Counted from the stretch's first letter, positions 9,849 through 20,597 are shown. The stretch is DNA of 64,000 bases from an uncultured cyanobacterium (GCA_963803805.1 CAWDOD010000010.1:384001-448000); one strand, 5' to 3'. Numbers and translations are program-made. Notes: a model not told the origin generated them from the letters alone.

Positions 9849-10454
9849 CTAGTCATCAATCGCCGCAGTTAATACTTCTATCAAACTCATATCTGCCATA
9901 TCATCCATTGTCACGGTATCGCAAATATCGAACTTAGCCCCTACTCCTTCTAGATCATCATCTAAGGCTTTGAGAAACTTTGTGGCACTCGCATCATTAC
10001 CAACTTGGATAAAAGAAACGGCCAACTCTTCATCTTTTTCCATTTTGCGAGTAGCATCAATGATAGTTTCTATAACGGCACGAAGGTTATCAGGGCTACC
10101 ATCAGTGACAACTAAAATTGTTTCACCATTAGGTTTAGTTTGGCCGTTAGCTTTGCGTTGAAAATAACTTTTAAAAGCGTCGTTGAGGACAGCAGCAAGA
10201 TTGGTAGTACCAACAGGATCATTTTCTAAAAAGATTTCCTCAACCTTATCAGCAGTAACGTCGTCGTAGCGTTTAAAGCGACTGGAAAATAGGTAGACAG
10301 TGATGCCATCAGGGTCAAATCTTTCACATTTACGGGCTAGGGCAAGGGTTGATTCTTCTGCTAACTGCCAGCGAGTCATGCCATTTTCAGTTTTAACAGA
10401 CATACTCCCGCTTTTATCGAGAATTAGGGTATAGTCACGGTCTTTCACTAACAT
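9849..10454 (-). CDS. Stand-alone vWA domain protein
   Basis: MIDAS motif DKSGS, GTT, VVTDG. Confidence 0.88.
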   Translation of the reverse strand: MLVKDRDYTLILDKSGSMSVKTENGMTRWQLAEESTLALARKCERFDPDGITVYLFSSRFKRYDDVTADKVEEIFLENDPVGTTNLAAVLNDAFKSYFQRKANGQTKPNGETILVVTDGSPDNLRAVIETIIDATRKMEKDEELAVSFIQVGNDASATKFLKALDDDLEGVGAKFDICDTVTMDDMADMSLIEVLTAAIDD

Positions 10455-10583
10455 TGCCTCTACACTATCTAAATTTTTACCGATTACTTAGCTACCACGT
10501 ATTTAAACGACATATCATCAATATGATTGGTACAAGCTAAAGTATTTAAGTTCAACTTATTACTTATTACTTAAGGCGGTTGG

Positions 10584-10952
10584 CTATGGGTTCAAAGCAT
10601 GGGCTTTTAAGTCTGCTAAACTCACATACTCCAAAGCTAAAGCATGGGTTGATTCTAATAGTACTGCTGGGGCAACACCCGCTTCAAGGGCTTCTTGCCA
10701 ACGTGAAGCACATAAACACCAGCGATCGCCTGGTTTAAGTCCGGGAAATTGGTATCCGGGATTAGGAGTACTAAGATCATTACCCTTTGCTTTGGAAAAT
10801 TCTAAAAACTCTTGGGTAACTTGGGCGCAAACAATATGTGCGCCCATGTCTCCGGAACCAGTATTACAAATACCGTCGCGATAAAATCCTGTCATCGGAG
10901 AGGTACAACATACCTGTAGATCGCTGCCTAAAACATTTGTCGCTGAAGCCAT
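10584..10952 (-). CDS. DUF2237 family protein
   Basis: NVLG, PMTGFYRDG, GNDLSTP, FPGLKPGDRWCLCA. Confidence 0.9.
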   Translation of the reverse strand: MASATNVLGSDLQVCCTSPMTGFYRDGICNTGSGDMGAHIVCAQVTQEFLEFSKAKGNDLSTPNPGYQFPGLKPGDRWCLCASRWQEALEAGVAPAVLLESTHALALEYVSLADLKAHALNP

Positions 10953-11107
10953 AATATCAAATTTGCTCTTATTACTTACGATAAATTTAGAGAAGTAGAG
11001 AGATGGGGAAGCCCAGAGGTAGGTAGTCTTTGCAACTATTATTTTTGTCTAACTTATCATCAGGATTGGAGATAACTGACCTACCGCACAACCCTCTTGA
11101 TAAATAA

Positions 11108-11152
11108 TAAATGTTAAATGTTGAACGGTAAATGTTAAATGTTAAATGTTAA
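11108..11152. repeat. Heptamer repeats TAAATGT
   Basis: Several TAAATGT copies at the start of the SGNH gene. Confidence 0.75.
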
Positions 11153-12083
11153 AGTGCAAATTTTGCTGATTATCCTAGCTATTGGTATTGGCTTAGTTGC
11201 AATCACCGAAATTGCTTTACGGTTGCTGTTTGGTTTTGGCAATCCTCCCCTTTATATTGCTGATGAGGAAATTGGTTATTTACTAGCCCCCAAACAAAAG
11301 TTACGACGCATGGGTAACTACATTGAGATTAATGACTATTCTATGCGTAGTGGAGAGGTTGTTCCAAAACCACCTCAGAATAGCCTGAGATTACTTTTAC
11401 TAGGAGATTCCGTCGCTAATGGGGGGTGGTGGACTGACCAAAAAAACACCATTTCTGCTTTAATTAGAGAGCAACTAGCTTCTCTTGATACAAACCAAGA
11501 AATTGAAGTCCTCAATGCTTCAGCGAATTCCTGGGGACCACGTAATCAACTAGCTTATTTACAGAAGTTTGGTACATTTGAATCCCAAGTCTTAATCCTC
11601 TTAATTAACACAGACGATCTTTTTGCCACAGCCCCTACCTCATTACCCGTAGGGCGCGATTCCAATTACCCCAATCAAAAGCCTCCTTTAGCTTTAATTG
11701 AAGTCTACAACCGCTACATCACCTCTCCCCAACCTATTCCTGGCATGGCAGAAGTGCAAAAAGAAGGAGGCGATCGCGTCGGTTTTAATTTAGAAGCGAT
11801 CGCGAAAATCAAAAATCTTAGGGATGAAAAAGGCTCAAAGTTTATTTTAGCCATGACTCCTTTATTAAGAGAATTAGGAGATAATGGGCCGAGAGATTAT
11901 GAAGTAAAAGCGAGGGAACGCTTGTTAGAATTTACTAAATTACAAAATATTGAATACATTGATTTTTTATCTCTATTTAATCAAGTAAAGTCTCCAAATT
12001 CTCTTTATCGAGATCATATTCATCTTAGCGTTTTAGGGAATGAGTTAGTAAGTGAAACTATTTCTCAAACAATTAAAAAATAG
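11139..12083 (+). CDS. SGNH/GDSL hydrolase family protein with N-terminal membrane anchor
   Basis: LLLGDSV block I, NTDD, DHIH catalytic DxxH. Confidence 0.85.
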   Translation: MLNVKVQILLIILAIGIGLVAITEIALRLLFGFGNPPLYIADEEIGYLLAPKQKLRRMGNYIEINDYSMRSGEVVPKPPQNSLRLLLLGDSVANGGWWTDQKNTISALIREQLASLDTNQEIEVLNASANSWGPRNQLAYLQKFGTFESQVLILLINTDDLFATAPTSLPVGRDSNYPNQKPPLALIEVYNRYITSPQPIPGMAEVQKEGGDRVGFNLEAIAKIKNLRDEKGSKFILAMTPLLRELGDNGPRDYEVKARERLLEFTKLQNIEYIDFLSLFNQVKSPNSLYRDHIHLSVLGNELVSETISQTIKK

Positions 12084-12098
12084 TGAGGAAATTATTCA

Positions 12099-13305
12099 TT
12101 GAAAGAGTTTGACAAACCCATCCCGTTAGAATGTATCAATATCATTAAAAAGACTAGAGCAAATCTATTTGCTTGGCGTGGTCAGTTTTCACCTCAGCTT
12201 ATTGAAGTTATATTAGAATTCTACTGTCTTCCTAATTCAGTTATTCTTGACCCATTTGTAGGTAGTGGAACTGTTTTGTTAGAAGCAGGAAATTTAGGTT
12301 TTGAAGCATATGGCTTTGAAGCCAATCCTGCCGCTTGGATTTTAAGTAGAACTTATGAACTTATCAATAATACTCAGCGTAGAAAAAATATTCAGAGAGT
12401 AAGAGAAAGAATAGACTCGAAATTCCCTTTTAAAATCTTTGATAATAATACTAAAGTAGATGGTTTAGCTGAAATTATTAGAGAAATTAAACAAGATTTA
12501 GATGAAGAGTCAAGAAAAGTCTTAGAAACTTTCGTGATTTTGCTCGATTCTTGACAAAAATGAGATTACTAATGAATTTATACAGGCTAAATTTTATAAT
12601 TTAGTCAATCTTATAGAGCAACTACCCTTATCTGAAAAGCAAATTAAGGTAGGCTTATCTGACGCACGCTCTCTACCACTTAAAGATAATCAAGTGGATT
12701 TTGTCCTAACTTCACCACCATACATAAATGTATTTAACTATCATCAAAACTATCGGAAATCTGCTGAGCTTTTAGGATGGAATTTGTTGAAAATTGCCAA
12801 ATCAGAAATTGGCTCCAATAGAGCTAATAGAGGAAATCGTTTTTACACTGTAGTACAATACTGTTTAGATATAGCTGAGACTCTTAGAGAAATTGCTAGA
12901 GTAAGCACAACAAATGGTCGAATTGTTTTGATTGTAGGACATCAATCAAATGTTCTTGGAGTCCCTTTTTACAATGCTGATATTATTGATGAAATTGGGA
13001 CTAAATCTGGTCTTTTTGTTAAATTAATTAGGCAAAAGAGGGAGTTCAAAAACAAGTTTGGTAAAATTATTAGAGAAGATATAATTAATTTTGTAAACAT
13101 TAATGATCAGTATTGTAAAAAAAAATTAGAAAATACAGCTAGAGAAGTTGCACTAGATGTATTAAAGAGCAATTTTTCATTAGTCTCTACTAAGAATCGT
13201 ACATACTTAAAAGCAGCAATTAACAAAGTTCAGGATATTAGAAAAACAGCTATTTTAGCTCAAGACCACTCAACTTACCTTTTACAAAAACATCCCTCTT
13301 CGTAA
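12099..13305 (+). pseudogene. Amino (probably N4-cytosine) DNA methyltransferase split by a +1 frameshift near 12548
   Basis: Motif I DPFVGSGT is in the first ORF and motif IV TSPPY in the second. The +1 frame is open from 12541 (LDKNEIT...DARSLPLKDNQVDFVLTSPPY). Removing one T in ctcgattcttgac gives a single 401-aa ORF. Confidence 0.85.
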
Positions 13306-13335
13306 GTCCCACTTATTTTTGCCTTTACTCAATCA

Positions 13336-14247
13336 ATGCCCGAACTTTCTCATCCTCATTACCAAAAACTAATAGCTTGCTTAAGTAATCGTCGGCTTCC
13401 TGAAGCTGATAAGAAAAGATTAGAAGAAGCAGTAATTCGTTACCATCAGTGGATTGCCATCCTTGAGAGAATTGAGCGTGGCCAAACAGACACAGTAAGA
13501 CAAATGGTTGAAGCTACTAATGACTATAAACGATTTATTGAACTAGATTTAATATTTGATAGTCCCGAAAACTTTTTGTATCGTCAAAAAGGGCAACTAA
13601 AGCTAGATAATACAATTTTAGAAGAGTTTTTACCTCAATTAGTTTTTCGCAGTTTAAGAAGAATAGATAATTCTTTTGAGTTAGGTCCGAGAAAAACGTT
13701 CTCAGGGCTTAGTTTTTTGTCTTCAATTGGGAACCCAGGACAGGGTGGCGAAGCTGTTGTAAAATCAAAAGATCAAGATTTTATACTTGGTAAAAAGCTC
13801 TACCTAAAATCATCCTTCGATGCAGAATTTAAAGATTATAAGCTAATTAAATCGCATTTAGGATATGTCTGTGCTGAATGTAAAACAAATTTAGATAAAA
13901 CCATGTTTCAGGAAGCTGTTGCTACCAGTAGAGATTTGAAGGTTGCTGTTCCTGGTTCGTTATATTTCCTAATCTGTGAATTTCTTGATATGACACCAGT
14001 ATCAATAGTTTCAACTCAGATTGACGATGTTTTAATTGTACGTAAGACTAAGCGTATGTCATCGAATATTAGACAAGAGTATAGAACACCGGAGGAAAGA
14101 AAACTTCGCCGACAGGAATATATTGACTTCTTGGATTCTTCTAAATATTACCCTGATGTTTTTCAAAGGATGATTGACAAAATTCAAGTTGTAATTGATG
14201 ATGCAAATCCATCAATACACAGGGTTCTTGAAGATGGACATTTCTAG
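13336..14247 (+). CDS. Bpu10I-family type II restriction endonuclease
   Basis: FLYRQKGQLKLDNTILEEF, KDQDF...AECKTNLDKTMFQEA (PD-(D/E)xK); directly downstream of the methylase. Confidence 0.85.
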   Translation: MPELSHPHYQKLIACLSNRRLPEADKKRLEEAVIRYHQWIAILERIERGQTDTVRQMVEATNDYKRFIELDLIFDSPENFLYRQKGQLKLDNTILEEFLPQLVFRSLRRIDNSFELGPRKTFSGLSFLSSIGNPGQGGEAVVKSKDQDFILGKKLYLKSSFDAEFKDYKLIKSHLGYVCAECKTNLDKTMFQEAVATSRDLKVAVPGSLYFLICEFLDMTPVSIVSTQIDDVLIVRKTKRMSSNIRQEYRTPEERKLRRQEYIDFLDSSKYYPDVFQRMIDKIQVVIDDANPSIHRVLEDGHF

Positions 14248-14326
14248 ATTATATCTCTTATATTCAGAAGCTCTTTGAGATTAGACAAATCTTTTACCAC
14301 ACACTAACACAATACACAAATAAACT

Positions 14327-15118
14327 ATGTGCCGAATATTAGGCTATCTTGGTTCACCTTTAAAATTAGAAAAAATTCTTTCTCAACCAGAACATTCCTT
14401 AATTGTTCAAAGTTATCAACCCCAGGAAATGATTTCGGCAACAGTTAATGCTGATGGTTTTGGCATTGGTTGGTATCATCCCAACCAAGATACTACTACT
14501 CCTTTTACTTACAAAAACATCTTACCTATTTGGAGTGATATTAACTTACCCCATCTTAGTCGCTATATAGAGTCAGGATGTGTTTTAGGTTATGTACGTA
14601 GTGCTACGGCTGGTTTAGCAGTAGATTTTAGTAATTGTCAACCTTTTAGCCAAGAAAAACTTCTTTTCTTACACAACGGTTTTATTCATAACTTTCGCCA
14701 TAGTTTATATCGCCAGATTAGGAATTGTTTAAATGATTATAGTTATGAATTAATTGATGGCAATACTGATTCAGAACATATTTTTGCTTTAATCATTAAT
14801 CATTTGCAACTTAATCCAGAAATGAGTTTGGAAACAGCTTTAGATAAAACTCTCCATCAACTCAATGAGTTAGCAAGCCATCCTAAAGTTCTTTTTTCTG
14901 CTAATGTTCTTATTTCCACAGGGAAAAAATTAGTTGCTTCCCGTTATGCAAATCGTTCCCCCGCCCCTTCTTTATATTGGCTAAAAAATGATCCTCATTA
15001 TCCCGATGCGGTGATTATTGCTTCTGAACCCCTATTTGCAGGAAACTGGAAGAGTTGTCCAGAACAAAGCCTGATTATTGTCGAGGAAAATCTTGAAGTT
15101 ACTATCCATCAACTCTAA
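14327..15118 (+). CDS. egtC: Ergothioneine biosynthesis amidohydrolase EgtC (class II glutamine amidotransferase fold)
   Basis: MCR N-terminal nucleophile, HSLIVQSY, NADGFG, VRSAT, HNG, TDSE; next to egtB. Confidence 0.9.
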   Translation: MCRILGYLGSPLKLEKILSQPEHSLIVQSYQPQEMISATVNADGFGIGWYHPNQDTTTPFTYKNILPIWSDINLPHLSRYIESGCVLGYVRSATAGLAVDFSNCQPFSQEKLLFLHNGFIHNFRHSLYRQIRNCLNDYSYELIDGNTDSEHIFALIINHLQLNPEMSLETALDKTLHQLNELASHPKVLFSANVLISTGKKLVASRYANRSPAPSLYWLKNDPHYPDAVIIASEPLFAGNWKSCPEQSLIIVEENLEVTIHQL

Positions 15119-16331
15119 ACGAGAAGTTATTAGGGAAGCTTTGCAGCAAAGTCGCAGCAGTACCCTAGATTTATTTACTAACCTTGATGCCAAAACTTTT
15201 TGTCAACAGGCACACGGAGATTTTAGCCCTGTGGGTTGGCATTTAGGACATATTGCTTATACAGAAGCTTATTGGATTTTGTCAGGTTGTGGCGGTTTGC
15301 CGACTCTGTTTCCTCAATATCAGCGACTATTTGCTGCTGATGGTTTACCAAAAGTAGAACGGCAGAATTTACCAAGTTACGATGTTATTAAAGATTATTT
15401 GGATACCATTAGGGAAAAGGTTTTAGTTTATTTAACCACAGCCCCTTTAGAAGAGGAAGAACGTCTTTGGCATTGGTTAATTCAACACGAAAGTCAACAT
15501 AATGAAACCATCAGTTTCATCTTACAAATGTTGCGAGGTGGTGATTATTATCCTGTTAAATCAGATTCTCAAAGAGAAAGTTTTCCTTCTTCGATGGTGA
15601 AAATTCCTGGAGGAAGTTTTATCATGGGAAGTAATTGCCTTGAAGCCCAGGATAATGAACGTCCTGCTCAAGAAGTTTGTTTAGATAGTTATTGGATTGA
15701 TACTTATCCTGTTACTTGTAGCCAATACCAAGAATTTATCAACGCAGGTGGCTATCAAAACTCTCGATGGTGGTCTAAACTTGGTTGGCAATGGTTACAA
15801 ACAAATCCGGTTAATCAACCTTTATACTGGTCTGATGGGCTAAAAAATAGCATTCGCCCGGTTTGTGGTGTCAGTTGGTATGAAGCTGATGCTTATGCCC
15901 GTTTTGTAGGTAAAAGATTACCTACAGAAGCAGAATGGGAAAAAGCGGCTATAGGAAATAGTAATACAGGAGAAAAAGCAATTTATCCTTGGGGTGAAGA
16001 TTTTCCGCAACCCCAAAGATGTAATCACAATAACTTGGTGGGAGAAACTACTCCTGTTAATGCTTATCTTCCAGGTAGAAGTAGGTTTGGTTGTTATGAT
16101 TTGTTGGGTAATGTTTGGGAGTGGACTAATACTTGGTTCGATGGTTATGAAGGTTTTACTGGCTATCCTTACCCAGGTTATTCCCAAGCCTATTTTGATG
16201 GGCAACACCGAGTTTTAAAAGGAGGAAGTTGGGCAACTCGTCCCTGGGCTTTACGCGCTAGTTTCCGCAACTGGTATTATCCAAATGTGAGGCAGATTTT
16301 AGCGGGTTTTCGCTGTGCCAAGGATAACTAA
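15078..16331 (+). CDS. egtB: Ergothioneine sulfoxide synthase EgtB (DinB + FGE-sulfatase domains)
   Basis: SPVGWHLGH, QHESQH metal ligands, RLPTEAEWEKAA, GNVWEW, GFRCA. Confidence 0.85.
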   Translation: MSRKILKLLSINSKREVIREALQQSRSSTLDLFTNLDAKTFCQQAHGDFSPVGWHLGHIAYTEAYWILSGCGGLPTLFPQYQRLFAADGLPKVERQNLPSYDVIKDYLDTIREKVLVYLTTAPLEEEERLWHWLIQHESQHNETISFILQMLRGGDYYPVKSDSQRESFPSSMVKIPGGSFIMGSNCLEAQDNERPAQEVCLDSYWIDTYPVTCSQYQEFINAGGYQNSRWWSKLGWQWLQTNPVNQPLYWSDGLKNSIRPVCGVSWYEADAYARFVGKRLPTEAEWEKAAIGNSNTGEKAIYPWGEDFPQPQRCNHNNLVGETTPVNAYLPGRSRFGCYDLLGNVWEWTNTWFDGYEGFTGYPYPGYSQAYFDGQHRVLKGGSWATRPWALRASFRNWYYPNVRQILAGFRCAKDN

Positions 16332-16400
16332 ATTTGCTTTTCTTCTACCTTTGTTTGGGAGGTAATTCTTGATTAGCAATCAAATAGATTTAATTTGAGT

Positions 16401-16633
16401 ATGCCAGCTAAAGACATATTTCATAATACAGTCTAGCTCTTGGTCAATGTCTCAACTACCGTTCAGCATTGAGCTTGACCGAACCTGATCGGATTTTGTA
16501 TTTAGCTATTCCAGTAGATGTTTATGATGAGTTTTTTAGTCGCAGGTTTATTCAAAGAATTATTAGCGAATATAAACTTAAATTACTAGTTTTTAATCCA
16601 GAGCAAGAGGAGATTGTTATATGGGGAGACTAA
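16401..16633 (+). pseudogene. xisH: xisH remnant with a large internal deletion
   Basis: MPAKDIFHNTV* is joined out of frame to LALGQCLNYRSAL...DRILYLAIP...LLVFNPEQEEIVIWGD*. It overlaps the xisI start in the usual way. Confidence 0.88.
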
Positions 16634-16950
16634 ATTATCAAGAAATAGTCCAAAAAATCTTGGAAATTCATGCCAAAAATCGCTCAAATAGTCAGACAGA
16701 AGTCAAATTATTATTTGACACTGATCGCGATCGCTATCAAGTTATGAATATTGGTTGGCAAGAGCTAAGACGAATATTTGCTTGTCTTATTTATGTAGAA
16801 ATTAAAGATGGTAAAATTTGGATTGAACGCGATGGTACGGAAATCGGAGTTGCTAATGAATTAGTAGAAGCTGGAGTTCCTAAACAAGATATAGTTTTGG
16901 CTTTTAAAGCTCCATACAAACGAAAATTTACTGACTTTGCTGTTAGTTGA
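16621..16950 (+). CDS. xisI: XisI family protein
   Basis: FDTDRDRYQ, IKDGKIWIERDGTE, ELVEAGVPKQDIVLAF. Confidence 0.92.
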   Translation: MGRLNYQEIVQKILEIHAKNRSNSQTEVKLLFDTDRDRYQVMNIGWQELRRIFACLIYVEIKDGKIWIERDGTEIGVANELVEAGVPKQDIVLAFKAPYKRKFTDFAVS

Positions 16951-16982
16951 AACCTTAGCAATACAATCTAATACCTGATAGC

Positions 16983-17558
16983 TCATTCTTCAGCCTTTGT
17001 TGGTGAAGGCATCAAACTTTCTTGGGCAGAAGCGGTAACAACTCTCGCCCCTTCATAAACTGGTGTGGGCATCTTGTCATTAATCTGCTGCATCAAACTA
17101 GACATTTCTAAAGCATCCATAGCATAACTCCAACCCAAATTACTTTTAATGCCAGCCCTTTCTAACGCTTGCTGCATCGTATCTGTAGTTAAAATACCAA
17201 AAATAACTGGTACTCCGGTTTGAAAACCCACCGCCGCAATGCCTTTCGCTGCTTCGGCTGCTACATAATCGAAGTGAGGGGTTTGTCCTTTGATAATTGC
17301 CCCTAAGCAAATTATGGCATCGTAGCCACCGGATAAAGCTAACTTGCGGGCGACTAAAGCGACTTCAAAACTACCTGGAACCCAAACATAATCAACTTGA
17401 CTACCATGGGGGTTAATATCGATGCCGTGGCGTTTTAAACAATCTTGACAGCCAGATAAAAGTTTGTTGGTAACAAGGTCATTAAAACGAGCAATAACAA
17501 TTGCGAAACGAGCGGGGGAAGAGGTCGTTGGTGCAAAAGTCCCCTCAAAAACTGCCAT
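16983..17558 (-). CDS. ribH: 6,7-dimethyl-8-ribityllumazine synthase
   Basis: [31 protein letters not shown]. Confidence 0.96.
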   Translation of the reverse strand: MAVFEGTFAPTTSSPARFAIVIARFNDLVTNKLLSGCQDCLKRHGIDINPHGSQVDYVWVPGSFEVALVARKLALSGGYDAIICLGAIIKGQTPHFDYVAAEAAKGIAAVGFQTGVPVIFGILTTDTMQQALERAGIKSNLGWSYAMDALEMSSLMQQINDKMPTPVYEGARVVTASAQESLMPSPTKAEE

Positions 17559-17635
17559 AATTTAGACTAAGTAAGGTTAAAAGGTTGTAGGTTGTAGATT
17601 ACCAAAAACTCACAACCAACAACCAAGAGAAAATT

Positions 17636-17824
17636 TTACACTACGAAAAAATTCAGGACTCCCACTACAACCACTAAAATAGTCCAGACACCAGAACCAA
17701 GATAAAGTAGTTTCTTAGATTGATCCCAATATTGAGGAGTAGCATAGGCAACAGGTACGCCGACTACCATAACAAAGGAAAACAAAACTAAAGCAGTAAG
17801 TGCTAATTGAAAAATAATCGTCAT
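17636..17824 (-). CDS. psbZ: Photosystem II protein Z
   Basis: 62 aa with two TM helices, FQLAL...VVGVPVAYA...W; next to ribH as in other cyanobacteria. Confidence 0.96.
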   Translation of the reverse strand: MTIIFQLALTALVLFSFVMVVGVPVAYATPQYWDQSKKLLYLGSGVWTILVVVVGVLNFFVV

Positions 17825-17882
17825 TTTATTAATCTCCTAAACAGTCTTAATTTGATTATCTTAAAACTTTTTTTACCATACA

Positions 17883-20597
17883 ATGGACTTAATTTTATGC
17901 CATCAAACCGCTGACTTCGATGCAGTAGGGGCAGCCGTTGGTTTAACTCGCTTAAAAGCTGGAGGAAAAATTGTCTTAACGGGAGGAGCGCATCCTACTG
18001 TTAGAGAGTTTTTAGCCCTACATCGCAATGCTTTAGCTATTGTAGAACGGCGCAGTGTAGATCCCCAAAAAATTCGTTCTTTAATTATTCCTGATACCCA
18101 AAAACGGAGTCGCTTAGGTAAGGCAGCGGAGTGGTTTGATTTACCCAATCTCAAAACTATTGAAGTCTACGATCACCATATGGGTGCGGAGATGGATATT
18201 CCCGCCACTTATAGTGTCATTGAACCTGTGGGGGCGGCTACAACTTTAATTGTTGAACAACTTCAAAAACATGGAATTGATTTAACTTCTGCCGAAGCTA
18301 CGGTGATGGCTTTAGGTATCCATGTTGATACGGGTTCATTAACTTTTGATCAAACTACTCCCCGTGATGCCCTAGCTTTGGCTTGGTTAATGGCACAAGG
18401 GGCCAACTTATCCTTAATTGCGGAATATAGTCATCCTAGTTTGTCGCCACAATTGCAACAATTGTTAACACAATCTCTAAATAATTTACGTAAAGTAACG
18501 ATTCGGGATTGTACTCTCAGTTGGATTTTACTAAAAACCGATACTTTTATACCAGGATTAGCTAGCTTAGCCTCAGAAATATTAAAGCTAACGGAAGTAG
18601 ATACTCTGTTGCTAGCCCATGAATATGGCACAAAAAAGCCTGAAGAGAAAAAAATAACGATTATTGGGCGATCGCGACTCCCGGAAACTGATTTCAATCA
18701 ACTATTCCAACCTTTAGGAGGAGGGGGCCATGGACAAGCTGCCTCTGTTACCCTACGCCTTAATAAAGATAAACCTTTTAAATTAGCAGAACTTGTCGAA
18801 AAGTTACAAAAACAAATTCCTTACCCCCTCACCGCCAGGGATTTAATGTCATCTCCTGTACGGACTATTCGCCCAGAAACCACCATTGAACAGGCACAGA
18901 GTATCTTACTGCGTTATGGTCACTCTGGACTATGTGTCGTTAATACCAGCGACAAACTTGTGGGGATTATTTCCCGTAGAGACATAGATTTAGCCCTACA
19001 CCACGGCTTTCACCATGCCCCAGTTAAAGGTTATATGTCTAGCAACCTCAAAACCGTTACCCCAGCAACCATCATCAGCGAAATTGAATCTTTGATGGTA
19101 ACTTACGATGTGGGTAGATTGCCGGTGCTAAAAGATGAACAGCTTATCGGTATCGTCACTCGCACCGATATATTACGCCAACGTCGAGGAGGAAATCAGT
19201 TAGAGAAAGAGGAAACTAGTAACGCTTCCCCTATAGCCTTTCTTCTTCCTCCTAATGCTCAATCCTTAATTTCTCAACAAATCCTCCAATTTCTTGATTT
19301 AGCCTCCACAGAAGCCGAGAAAAGGGGCTGGAACCTCTATTTAGTTGGGGGTGCAGTTAGGGATTTGTTGCTACGGCAGCAAAATGAGGCAAATCCAGAC
19401 AACATCTCGCCTCTACAAGATATTGACCTAGTAGTAGACGGCTTTCATGAGGCAGCCAATGCCAATGCCGGGGTAGAATTAGCCAAAGCCTTACAAATAG
19501 AGTTTCCTAACTGTCGCTTAGAAGTTCACGGTGCATTTCAAACAGCAGCTTTACTGTGGCATCATGACTCACAATTTGGTAATCTCTGGGTTGATATTGC
19601 CACTGCGAGGACAGAATTTTATCCTTACCCCGCAGCTAACCCTGTAGTGGAAGCAAGTTCCATTCGCCAAGACTTATATCGCCGCGACTTCACCATCAAC
19701 GCCTTAGCCTTAAAACTCACCAATTCCCAAACAGGGGAATTACTCGACTTTTTTGGGGGAATCTTGGATTTAGAATCCCATCAAATTAGAGTCCTACATC
19801 CCAACAGTTTTATTGAAGATCCCACCCGTATTTATCGTGCGGTAAGATTTGCTGTCCGTTTAGGGTTTACTATCGAGTCCCAAACAGAATCTTACATCCG
19901 TTATGCGATCGCTAGTGGAGTTTACGAACGTTCTCAAGCCGAAAATCACTCTCCACCCGCTTTAACTACCCGCTTAAAAACGGAATTAAAATATATTCTC
20001 CAAGCCCCTTATTGGAAACGGGCTTTACAAGTTCTCCAGTCCCTAGAGGCTTTACGCTGTCTCCATCCGGACCTTAAACTAGATAAGCAATTATGGTGGC
20101 AAATACGCTTACTAGACCGTTGGTTAAGAAAATTCGATCCGGACAACAGCCTTAACCATTGGCTAATGAGACTAGAACTAATCCTTGCTAAACTTCCTGG
20201 GGAAACTGGTAGCAAGGTAGCAACTAATCTGCAATTACCCCTCAATACTGTTCAAAGATTACAAAATCTTGCTTCAGTAGAAAGGAAAATTGTTAATGAA
20301 CTGAGACAATCTCTGCTTCCGAGTCAAGTAGTTAAACTATTACGGCAGTACAAACTACCAACCCTCGCTTTATTAGCAGTAAAAACTCCCCGTCAGATAC
20401 GCAAACTAATTTGGCAGTATCTTATCCATTGGAGGAATGTCCAATCGCCTTTAAACGGCAATGACCTCAAAGCCCTTGGTTATCAACCAGGGCCACAATA
20501 TCGCCAAATACTCGACGATTTACTAACAGCTAAGTTAGATAGCAAAATCAGCGATCGCGCTGAAGCAAAAAATTACTTACGAAGTAATTACTCATAA
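17883..20597 (+). CDS. tRNA nucleotidyltransferase (DHH-like + 2 CBS + class II NTase; probably the A-adding type)
   Basis: HQTADFD/YDHH, CBS pair, YLVGGAVRD, DIDL, DLYRRDFTINA, EDPTRIYRA. Confidence 0.9.
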   Translation: MDLILCHQTADFDAVGAAVGLTRLKAGGKIVLTGGAHPTVREFLALHRNALAIVERRSVDPQKIRSLIIPDTQKRSRLGKAAEWFDLPNLKTIEVYDHHMGAEMDIPATYSVIEPVGAATTLIVEQLQKHGIDLTSAEATVMALGIHVDTGSLTFDQTTPRDALALAWLMAQGANLSLIAEYSHPSLSPQLQQLLTQSLNNLRKVTIRDCTLSWILLKTDTFIPGLASLASEILKLTEVDTLLLAHEYGTKKPEEKKITIIGRSRLPETDFNQLFQPLGGGGHGQAASVTLRLNKDKPFKLAELVEKLQKQIPYPLTARDLMSSPVRTIRPETTIEQAQSILLRYGHSGLCVVNTSDKLVGIISRRDIDLALHHGFHHAPVKGYMSSNLKTVTPATIISEIESLMVTYDVGRLPVLKDEQLIGIVTRTDILRQRRGGNQLEKEETSNASPIAFLLPPNAQSLISQQILQFLDLASTEAEKRGWNLYLVGGAVRDLLLRQQNEANPDNISPLQDIDLVVDGFHEAANANAGVELAKALQIEFPNCRLEVHGAFQTAALLWHHDSQFGNLWVDIATARTEFYPYPAANPVVEASSIRQDLYRRDFTINALALKLTNSQTGELLDFFGGILDLESHQIRVLHPNSFIEDPTRIYRAVRFAVRLGFTIESQTESYIRYAIASGVYERSQAENHSPPALTTRLKTELKYILQAPYWKRALQVLQSLEALRCLHPDLKLDKQLWWQIRLLDRWLRKFDPDNSLNHWLMRLELILAKLPGETGSKVATNLQLPLNTVQRLQNLASVERKIVNELRQSLLPSQVVKLLRQYKLPTLALLAVKTPRQIRKLIWQYLIHWRNVQSPLNGNDLKALGYQPGPQYRQILDDLLTAKLDSKISDRAEAKNYLRSNYS

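Noticed and set aside
15078-16331. Selenoneine (SenA) or ovothiol (OvoA) synthase
   Set aside because: No senB or selD-like neighbours and no C-terminal methyltransferase domain. The adjacent egtC supports EgtB.
16401-16950. Heterocyst fdxN excision element
   Set aside because: No xisF recombinase or interrupted nif gene nearby; xisH/xisI pairs are commonly free-standing.
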